Source: Eubacteriales bacterium (GTDB lineage: Bacteria; Bacillota; Clostridia; Christensenellales; JAWKQI01). From it: DNA of 64,000 nucleotides. This document shows positions 1-7,398 of this stretch, piece after piece. Below the pieces are notes generated by a model. That model saw nothing but the letters and a program-made list of their open reading frames with translations, was not told where the DNA came from and made no database searches. The stretch lies in the NCBI GenBank assembly GCA_041390245.1, contig JAWKQI010000001.1:107558-171557 (forward strand), given 5' to 3'. Position numbers and translations under genes: made by a program. Numbering within the stretch: position 1 is the stretch's first letter; each line of letters opens with the position of its first letter.

Positions 1-198
1 TTTAGCGTATGAAACGTTACTGTTTGAAAGGGATTTTTCAACAGCGCTGCCATATAAAGAATCTACGGTATTATCTGTAACTATTGCCGCCTTTTTAAAG
101 CCAAGTTCTAATACGATTTTACCCAGCGCATAAATCAGGTCTTTGCCTATAAGTATGTCATAGTTCCCGTTTACCGCTTTGACACTTACCTTGCTCAT
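1..198 (-). CDS. aroB: 3-dehydroquinate synthase, N-terminal fragment (gene runs off the window start)
   Basis: Own translation from ATG at 198 gives [50 protein letters not shown]..., an AroB-like N-terminus. ATGA start/stop overlap with aroF at 195-198. Confidence 0.7.
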   Translation of the reverse strand, partial: MSKVSVKAVNGNYDILIGKDLIYALGKIVLELGFKKAAIVTDNTVDSLYGSAVEKSLSNSNVSYAK

Positions 199-1208
199 AG
201 TATTTTACCAACCAGTTCAGCCATTTTTTTCACTTTTACCATCATTTTATCAAATTCCTCCGGAGTTAAGGATTGCGGCCCGTCAGACAAAGCTTTTGCC
301 GGGTTGTTATGGACTTCTACTTCAATTCCGTCTGCTCCGGCAGCGACAGCAGCCAATGCCATAGGCTCTATCATGTCCCTCCTGCCTGTGGCGTGAGAAG
401 GGTCTACTATTATCGGCAAGTGGCTTAACTTTTTAACCGCAACGATAGCGCTTAAATCAAGCGTGTTTCTCGTATACGTCTCAAACGTCCTTATGCCGCG
501 TTCACATAGTATGACATTTGAATTGCCCCTCGACATTACATATTCCGCCGACATAAGCCATTCTTGTATAGTAGAAGACATTCCCCTTTTCAGTAATATC
601 GGTTTTCTTGTTTTGCCTATTTCCTTTAACAGGTCAAAATTTTGCATGTTGCGCGCGCCAATCTGTATTATATCTACATATTCCTCGAACATATCTATAT
701 GCCTCGGCGAAATTATTTCAGACACTATTGGCATTCCCGTTCTTTCGCGGACTTCGCAAAGCAGTTTTAAGCCCTCTCGCTTTAACCCCTGAAAAGAGTA
801 AGGAGATGTCCTTGGCTTATATGCCCCGCCACGGATAAACTGCGCCCCCGATGTTTTAACTGCATCTGCTATTAGGTTTATCTGCTCCCTGCTTTCAACC
901 GAGCACGGCCCGGCCATGACAGTAAGCGAACCTCCGCCTATTGATAGGTCGCCGACTTTAACAACAGTATCTTCCGGATGGAATTTACGGTTACTCTTTT
1001 TAAATGGCTCGCTTACAGACATTATCCTGTCTACGCCTTCGCGCATGGAAAGTGCATCGCGATCTAGGCTTGCCGTATCACCTATAACGCCAAGAACGTA
1101 ACACTCTACTCCGGCATTTATCTGGACCTGCATACCTAAGTCTCTTAATTCCTGCACGATATCATTTAAGTGCTTTTCCTCTGTATTTGGCTTCATTACA
1201 ATAATCAT
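195..1208 (-). CDS. aroF: 3-deoxy-7-phosphoheptulonate (DAHP) synthase, type I-beta with N-terminal regulatory domain
   Basis: 337-aa ORF with a KDO8PS/DAHPS-like core ([22 protein letters not shown]). GGAGA RBS before the ATG. Followed by aroB. Confidence 0.9.
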   Translation of the reverse strand: MIIVMKPNTEEKHLNDIVQELRDLGMQVQINAGVECYVLGVIGDTASLDRDALSMREGVDRIMSVSEPFKKSNRKFHPEDTVVKVGDLSIGGGSLTVMAGPCSVESREQINLIADAVKTSGAQFIRGGAYKPRTSPYSFQGLKREGLKLLCEVRERTGMPIVSEIISPRHIDMFEEYVDIIQIGARNMQNFDLLKEIGKTRKPILLKRGMSSTIQEWLMSAEYVMSRGNSNVILCERGIRTFETYTRNTLDLSAIVAVKKLSHLPIIVDPSHATGRRDMIEPMALAAVAAGADGIEVEVHNNPAKALSDGPQSLTPEEFDKMMVKVKKMAELVGKIL

Positions 1209-1226
1209 TTTGTCTTCTCCTAAATT

Positions 1227-1260
1227 AAAAAAGCCGCCTAAGCCTTAAAAGCTTAGCGGC
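1227..1260 (-). terminator. Intrinsic terminator hairpin inside the aroF leader (candidate attenuator)
   Basis: Minus strand reads GCCGCUAAGC-UUUUAAG-GCUUAGGCGGC followed by UUUUUU. It lies 18 nt upstream of the aroF ATG and 28 nt after the leader ORF stop. Confidence 0.7.
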
Positions 1261-1288
1261 AATCATTGTTTCTGTTATCGATGGCACA

Positions 1289-1390
1289 CTATGCTTTCAA
1301 GGGCATTTTGGTAAAGTAAAAATAGCCGTAGCTGCTAAAGCTAAAGCTTTTAAATCCCCAAAATAAATTATTGACCTTGATATTTGACAT
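1289..1390 (-). CDS. Candidate 33-aa leader peptide rich in Phe/Tyr/Trp
   Basis: Below the ORF-track length cutoff. GGAGA (1401-1397) sits 6 nt before ATG 1390. Translation is MSNIKVNNLFWGFKSFSFSSYGYFYFTKMPLKA*. Confidence 0.5.
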   Translation of the reverse strand: MSNIKVNNLFWGFKSFSFSSYGYFYFTKMPLKA

Positions 1391-1414
1391 TTTGTGTCTC
1401 CAATCTTTAATCAA

Positions 1415-1444
1415 ATTATATCACCGTATAAAATTAATTGTCAA
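1415..1444 (-). promoter_or_regulatory. Sigma-A-type promoter for the aroF leader
   Basis: TTGACA (1444-1439), an 18-nt spacer ending in TGa, then TATAAT (1420-1415). Confidence 0.55.
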
Positions 1445-2354
1445 TAACAGGTTGATTATCAATCTCATAAACCTCTTTGCCGTTCTTTAAATTTAGTATT
1501 ACAATGGATGCAATTACAAGCAAAACACCTAAGGCAGACATAAAGCACATGCTCTCTTTTAAAAATATTACCCCGATAATCGTGGCGACTACCGGTTCTA
1601 TCGATGCCATTATAGATGCGCTGCTGGCTTCTATGCGCTTAAGTCCCATTGTAAAGAAGGTATACGGCAATACAGATATAATAATGCCCATTAAGACAAA
1701 CATTATAATCGAATTTAGGTTTAAATTTAAAAACTTATCTACGATACTCATATCTGTTATCGCCAGTGTACCTACACTTGTGATTATAAATGTATATAGG
1801 ACTATGGTTAAAGGGTGGTACCCTCTTTTATATGCAATCCTGCTGAAAATGCTATAAAGGGAATAACCAAGTGCGGCAAGCAGGCCGGTTATTATAGAAA
1901 GCAGCGATACTTCCTGTTTTTTCGTTATGACCTCAGTTACCAATATGCATCCGATAAGCGCCATGACACATGCTATTAGTTTATTTTTTGTTATTTTTTC
2001 TTTAAAGATAAATATGGACATGATCATAACCATTACCGGAGAAGTATAAAGTAAAACTGCTGAAACAGACAGGGATGTAAGTGAAATAGTCTTAAAATAA
2101 AAGAAGTTAAACAGCATTATGCCGCAGATACCTGTCCCTAAAAAACACCAGCTGTCTTTTAATCTTATCTTTAAAAGTTTTCTGTCGTATATTAGTACTA
2201 CTATAAGCATCAATACCGCAGTAAAAGTTACCCTTAAAGCAACTATCTGCAGTGATCCAAAACCTATGGAAGCGAAATAACGCACAAATACCCCCGTAGC
2301 GCCCCATAAAATTCCCGCTAAAATTATCAACATTGCATCAAGCCTTTTTTTCAA
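1434..2354 (-). CDS. EamA/DMT-family transporter
   Basis: 306 aa with about 10 TM segments. The two-EamA-repeat architecture is recognisable. Confidence 0.85.
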   Translation of the reverse strand: MKKRLDAMLIILAGILWGATGVFVRYFASIGFGSLQIVALRVTFTAVLMLIVVLIYDRKLLKIRLKDSWCFLGTGICGIMLFNFFYFKTISLTSLSVSAVLLYTSPVMVMIMSIFIFKEKITKNKLIACVMALIGCILVTEVITKKQEVSLLSIITGLLAALGYSLYSIFSRIAYKRGYHPLTIVLYTFIITSVGTLAITDMSIVDKFLNLNLNSIIMFVLMGIIISVLPYTFFTMGLKRIEASSASIMASIEPVVATIIGVIFLKESMCFMSALGVLLVIASIVILNLKNGKEVYEIDNQPVIDN

Positions 2355-2518
2355 GTACGGTATCTCCTAAAACGACATAAAAATATAAAATTTGCCAAAA
2401 ACACTATATGATAATATCATATAAATTCTCACTCATCAATAAAAATTTAAATAAAAAATATCACCTGAAATAAAAATAACAAGCGATATATTCCGTAAAT
2501 TTTTATTTTATATATTTT

Positions 2519-3367
2519 TTAATTCAACCTATCCAACCAACCAAATAAATCCCTTAATATTTTACAAGACGAAATTTCTTTAAGAAATATTCCGGCAACT
2601 AAATTTGAATGGTACATGCCCTTACACTTTACAATAATACAGCCCGCCAAACCTGGGTTAAATCTGTTAACTTTATCCGTAAAAAGCACCGAATTTTCAA
2701 ATTCACAAATAGGATCCCTTTTAGAATGTATACATAAGACCTGAATCTTTTCGCTTCCGTCTATCAGCTTAACCGGGTCCGCGGTCTTTCTGTCGTAATC
2801 CTCTTTAAATAACTTATTCAAAAGTGCGGTTATCGATCTGTTTTTGCAGACATCAAGCGCTATCGGCGAACCAAGTAAAATAAGGCCTTTTATACTATTT
2901 GCATCAATTCCATATTCCTGCTGCAATCCTTTATCGTATGCAAGTATCCCTGCCAGATGGCCGCCAGCAGACGAGCCTACCAAAACTATATTTTGAGTGT
3001 CAACGCCTTTTAGCTTCATAACTTCAAGCGCTTTGTTAAACGCGGTGGCTACATCCTGCGCCTGTGCCGGGTATTTGTTTTTAGGAGCATGCCTGTATCC
3101 AAGTGATACAACGTGAAATCCCCTTCGTGCAAATGTATCCCCTATGAATTTAAATTCCTCCGGAGAACCGTTTTTCCAGCCTCCTCCGTGAAGATAAACT
3201 ATCAACTGTTTTTTAAAAGGCCGTTTTGCTTTAAAATATAAAAAATGCTGCTTTGGATCTTCACCGTATTCATATTTATCTGTAGAAATACCTTTATTTT
3301 GTTTAACCATCTTATAGGCAATTCCAGGTATTTTAAGTTGTTCCAGCATAAAATTTTTAAGCCGCAT
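2519..3367 (-). CDS. Alpha/beta hydrolase (HSL-type esterase/lipase)
   Basis: HGGGW oxyanion motif and GSSAGGH nucleophile elbow. Confidence 0.8.
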   Translation of the reverse strand: MRLKNFMLEQLKIPGIAYKMVKQNKGISTDKYEYGEDPKQHFLYFKAKRPFKKQLIVYLHGGGWKNGSPEEFKFIGDTFARRGFHVVSLGYRHAPKNKYPAQAQDVATAFNKALEVMKLKGVDTQNIVLVGSSAGGHLAGILAYDKGLQQEYGIDANSIKGLILLGSPIALDVCKNRSITALLNKLFKEDYDRKTADPVKLIDGSEKIQVLCIHSKRDPICEFENSVLFTDKVNRFNPGLAGCIIVKCKGMYHSNLVAGIFLKEISSCKILRDLFGWLDRLN

Positions 3368-3454
3368 TTAAATAGAACCTCCGGTGTTGTTACTCAAATT
3401 TAAACCTAAATGCCTTTTAATATATTTTTAATTGCCAAGCAGCAAAGTTTTAGT

Positions 3455-4156
3455 TCATGCTTCATCGTTCATGCGGTACCCAACGCCAACATCTGTTAAT
3501 ATATATCTAGGCTGTGCCGGGTCCTTCTCTATCTTTCTTCGTATGTTTGCCATATTTACCCTTAATATCTGGTTATCACTAATATACGGTCCCCATATTT
3601 CCTTTATAATGAAGTCATGAGTAAGAACTTTTCCTACATTTCTGGACAGCAGTAAAAGTATCTTATATTCAACAGGCGTTAAATGCACATCTTTGGTTTC
3701 TATCTTAACTACTCTTTTTCTATAATCTATTTCAAGGCCTTTGATAACTGTCTTCTCCGGTTCCACGGTAGAATTTTCTTTTATCTTTGCGCTATGCCTT
3801 AATTCTACGCGTATCCTTGCTAATAATTCGGCAGTTCCAAAGGGCTTAGTTACATAATCATCAGCACCTAAGTCTAGTGCCCCTACCTTTTCACGCTCAT
3901 GGTCTCTTGCCGATAAAACTATAATCGGGACGTCTGAAAATTTTCTAATGCTTTTTATAACATCAAACCCGTCCATATCCGGCAGCCCAAGATCAAGCAA
4001 TATCAAATCAGGGCAATACGATGTAGTTATTAAGACTGCATCTTTCCCGGTAGAAGATTTCATTGTACTATAGTTGTTTACCTTTAAGACATCAGCAAGA
4101 AAGTTACTAATAACGGTGTCATCTTCAACGATTAAGATCAACGTTTGATTAGTCAT
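3455..4156 (-). CDS. kdpE: OmpR-family response regulator, KdpE-like (no cognate kinase adjacent)
   Basis: Receiver plus winged-helix domains (LIVEDD, DLILLDLGLPDMDG, SARD, YVTKPF). I chose ATG 4156 (MTNQTLIL...) because GGAGAAGG lies directly upstream. The ORF track extends to 4189. Confidence 0.8.
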   Translation of the reverse strand: MTNQTLILIVEDDTVISNFLADVLKVNNYSTMKSSTGKDAVLITTSYCPDLILLDLGLPDMDGFDVIKSIRKFSDVPIIVLSARDHEREKVGALDLGADDYVTKPFGTAELLARIRVELRHSAKIKENSTVEPEKTVIKGLEIDYRKRVVKIETKDVHLTPVEYKILLLLSRNVGKVLTHDFIIKEIWGPYISDNQILRVNMANIRRKIEKDPAQPRYILTDVGVGYRMNDEA

Positions 4157-4571
4157 TTTTCCTTCTCCTCTTCGTTTCAGGCCATACATTAAAAAGCAAA
4201 TTTTATTAGACGATTTTCAAATTATTAGCTGACTCTTTAATACTATAAATCTTTAAATACTAAAAATCCTTAGTTTGAAACTCGTCCATTTAAGAGGTTT
4301 TACAAGAATATTTAAAATCACGGTTTAAGGGTCATTTAAATTTTATTATTCCTTAACAGCTAATGTCTTATAAGAGTCTTTATAATTTTAAGATATTTAA
4401 CGGATAATATTAGCTTACTGCTGTAACTTTATTATTCATCATAATATTTATGTAACAATCTGTCAATCTACAGCAATGCTCATTTTCAAGCTATGCTGAG
4501 GTAAACAAAACCTCTTTAATGTATTAAATATATGGTCCCCAATTTCTCAATTTATATAGTATATAACAAGC

Positions 4572-4604
4572 AGAGGAGAACGATTTTTCAAGCCGTTCTC
4601 CTCT
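4572..4604. terminator. 11-bp hairpin downstream of glnK
   Basis: AGAGGAGAACG-N11-CGTTCTCCTCT. The T-run (TTTTAT) is on the plus-strand side only, so its function for the minus-strand amtB-glnK transcript is uncertain. Confidence 0.4.
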
Positions 4605-4625
4605 TTTATCATAACTAGCTATAAA

Positions 4626-4967
4626 TTAAACGGCTCCTTCGCCTTCTTCTCCTGTACGTATACGGATTACACGTGCCACATCGTACACAAAGATCTTTCC
4701 TTCGCCTTTATCGCTTCCTGTTTTAGCACTATCGAGAATAGCCTTAATTGCTTTATCTTCATCTTTATCATTTACTACTATGTCTACTGAAATTTTAGGC
4801 AGTAAATCAAGTGTAAATTTTTCACCTCTCCACTGCTGAACAATACCGCCCTGTTGTCCGTGGCCTTCAATTTCGGTGACCATAAGTCCATTGCAATCAA
4901 TATCTTTAAGTGCTGTCTTGACTTCTTCAAGCTTTTCGGGCTTAATAATTGCTTTAATATGTTTCAT
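4626..4967 (-). CDS. glnK: P-II nitrogen regulatory protein
   Basis: 113-aa PII fold sequence (MKHIKAIIKPEKLEEVK...). TAATG overlap with amtB. Confidence 0.9.
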   Translation of the reverse strand: MKHIKAIIKPEKLEEVKTALKDIDCNGLMVTEIEGHGQQGGIVQQWRGEKFTLDLLPKISVDIVVNDKDEDKAIKAILDSAKTGSDKGEGKIFVYDVARVIRIRTGEEGEGAV

Positions 4968-6295
4968 TACATATTACCTCCTGAACTTTCTTTTTTTACG
5001 GAATCATCACTGATAAGTGCCGCGTATACTGGCTTACGGGATATGAACTCAGGATATGCAACGTTGCCATGCTCGCCAATATCAAGGCCGACGATTTCTT
5101 CCTCAAGTTTAACTCTGATTCCAATAGTCTTTTTGATAACATACCATATAAGGAGAGATACTGGGAATACAAAAGCAGCAACTGCCAAAACGCCTACTGT
5201 CTGTATTCCTAAAAGTGATGCTCCGCCACCAAAGAGTAATCCATCGGTTGCCGATAAACTGGTTACACCCGCTTTTGCAAAAAGACCTACAGCAAGTGTC
5301 CCGAATATACCGTTTACTAAGTGAACAGATGTTGCGCCAACCGGATCATCTAACCTTAGTTTGTCAAACATCAATACTGCAAATACTACTATAACGCCAG
5401 CGATTGCTCCGATTATAAGTGAGCTTAAAACATCTACATATGCGCATCCTGCCGTTATCGCAACTAAACCTGCAAGGCAGCCGTTTATCGTCATGCCTAA
5501 ATCCGGTTTCCCTAAGAAAATCCACGATGCAGCCGTTGAGGTCAAGACACCAGCGATTGCCGCCGTATTTGTTGTCATGAAAATATGAGCAACTGCAGAT
5601 GGATCTGCCATAGACATTGTAGACCCAGGGTTAAACCCGAACCAACCTAACCAAAGAACAAATAATCCGATGGTTGCAAGAGACAAACTGTGCCCCTGAA
5701 TAGGTCTTGTTTTTCCGTCTTTAGTATATTTCCCAAAGCGCGGCCCTAAGACTATAACACCTGCCAAAGCAGCCCATCCTCCTACGGAGTGAACAACTGT
5801 CGAACCGGCAAAATCTAAGAATCCCAAGCCTCCAAGGAAGCCTCCGCCCCAGATCCAATGGCCTACTATAGGATATACCACTAAGGTCAGCAGGAAAGAA
5901 AATACTATAAACGATATATATTTCACTCTTTCTGCAACTGCTCCTGAAACTATTGTAGCTGCAGTTCCACAGAATACAAGCTGGAAGAAGAACTTTGCCC
6001 AAAAAGGTACGTTAGCGCCAAGCGTATATACACTTTCGTCTATATTTCCGGTTAATATGAACAAACCTTTTGTTCCTATTAACGGATTGTCTCCGCCAAA
6101 CATCAAGCCCCAGCCTAAAAGTAAAAACCCTAATGAAGAGACTGCAAAAACAATAAAGTTTTTGGAAAGAATGTTTACTGTGTTTTTAGATCTTGCAAAT
6201 CCTGCCTCTACGCATCCAAACCCAATATTCATAAAGAATACGAGAGCGCCAGTAAACAATACCCACGTGGTATCAATAGCCATCTGAACATCCAT
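4967..6295 (-). CDS. amtB: Ammonium transporter
   Basis: 442-aa Amt/MEP family protein (DFAGSTVVHSVGG, multiple TMs). GGGGGA RBS. Confidence 0.92.
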   Translation of the reverse strand: MDVQMAIDTTWVLFTGALVFFMNIGFGCVEAGFARSKNTVNILSKNFIVFAVSSLGFLLLGWGLMFGGDNPLIGTKGLFILTGNIDESVYTLGANVPFWAKFFFQLVFCGTAATIVSGAVAERVKYISFIVFSFLLTLVVYPIVGHWIWGGGFLGGLGFLDFAGSTVVHSVGGWAALAGVIVLGPRFGKYTKDGKTRPIQGHSLSLATIGLFVLWLGWFGFNPGSTMSMADPSAVAHIFMTTNTAAIAGVLTSTAASWIFLGKPDLGMTINGCLAGLVAITAGCAYVDVLSSLIIGAIAGVIVVFAVLMFDKLRLDDPVGATSVHLVNGIFGTLAVGLFAKAGVTSLSATDGLLFGGGASLLGIQTVGVLAVAAFVFPVSLLIWYVIKKTIGIRVKLEEEIVGLDIGEHGNVAYPEFISRKPVYAALISDDSVKKESSGGNM

Positions 6296-6337
6296 TATAA
6301 TTCCCCCTTATTTTCTTTAATACTTATTTTTACAAAT

Positions 6338-6360
6338 AAAAAAAGCTGCATACTTGCAGT
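6338..6360 (-). terminator. Short hairpin plus U-run in the amtB leader
   Basis: Minus strand reads ACUGCA-AGUA-UGCAGC followed by UUUUUUUAUUU, about 35 nt upstream of the amtB RBS. A longer alternative GCUGUAUA/UAUGCAGC pairing uses the same 3' arm. Confidence 0.35.
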
Positions 6361-6599
6361 GAAAATACACCTTCAAATATACAGCCCCTTTGCTGAATAA
6401 ATAAGTATTAAAATTTTATATATTATTTTTCCCAATCTATTTTTAACATACAATTGCGTTAATATGCTGTTAAGATACGGCGTTTTAATATTAATATTCT
6501 GTTAAAATGAAATATTTTATGTTAAGAATTGCAAAACTTTCTTATACATTATTTATCTATTTTACTATATTATAAATTATAACGCCTTTGAAATCTTTT

Positions 6600-7343
6600 T
6601 TATGGCATAACTACTCCACCATTTGGCGAAATCGTCTGCCCTGTCACATACTTTGCATTAACCAAGTATTCAACACACTGGGAAATGTCCCCTACTTCTC
6701 CTATTCCTTTAAGCGGTACTGTTTTTCTTTTCTTCTCTATGCCTTCTTCTCCTGCCTTTTTAAGCATATCAGTTAAGATAAAACCAGGAGCAACGCTGTT
6801 AACACGTATATTATATTTCCCAAATTCAAGTGCTAATGACCTTGTGATAGCTATTACGCCGCCTTTTGATGCAGAATAATCCGCTCCGCTTGACACTCCA
6901 ACTAACCCGCCTATCGAAGAGATATTTACTATACAACCCTCGTTAGCTTTTACCATATACGGCATAACTAAATGGGAACAGTGGATACACCCCATAAGAT
7001 TTACGTTTATAAGCCGCGTATACTGTTCCGGTGTCAGTTTTAAAAAGCTAATTCCATTGCTTATAGCGGCATTGTTGACTAAAACGTCTATATTGCTTCC
7101 AAAGTTTTTTACTGCCGTGTCAACTATTCTTTTGCATGAATTATATTCAGCCACATCTGCCTGGACAGCCACGCCTTCAACCCCATATTGACTTTTTATT
7201 TCACTTACTAAATCACTGGCAAGCTTTTGGCTGGTATCGCTCACAAAATCAATTACTACGTTATAACCCATCTTTGCAAGCCTTTTAACTATGTCCCGCC
7301 CGATTCCTCTGGATCCGCCTGTAACAATTGCATTTTTTGCCAC
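6600..7343 (-). CDS. Short-chain dehydrogenase/reductase, FabG-like
   Basis: TGGSRGIG, NNAA and YSASK motifs. Confidence 0.85.
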   Translation of the reverse strand: MAKNAIVTGGSRGIGRDIVKRLAKMGYNVVIDFVSDTSQKLASDLVSEIKSQYGVEGVAVQADVAEYNSCKRIVDTAVKNFGSNIDVLVNNAAISNGISFLKLTPEQYTRLINVNLMGCIHCSHLVMPYMVKANEGCIVNISSIGGLVGVSSGADYSASKGGVIAITRSLALEFGKYNIRVNSVAPGFILTDMLKKAGEEGIEKKRKTVPLKGIGEVGDISQCVEYLVNAKYVTGQTISPNGGVVMP

Positions 7344-7398
7344 GTTAATTCACTCCTTGCTATTTTAAACTTTAGTTTATTTTAACCATTTTAAAAAA

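Noticed and set aside
1209-1433. T-box or other known riboswitch upstream of aroF.
   Set aside because: I looked for the conserved T-box sequence (AGGGUGGNACCGCG-like) and a specifier-loop architecture and found neither. The region is better described as a leader ORF plus terminator. This still needs an Rfam scan.
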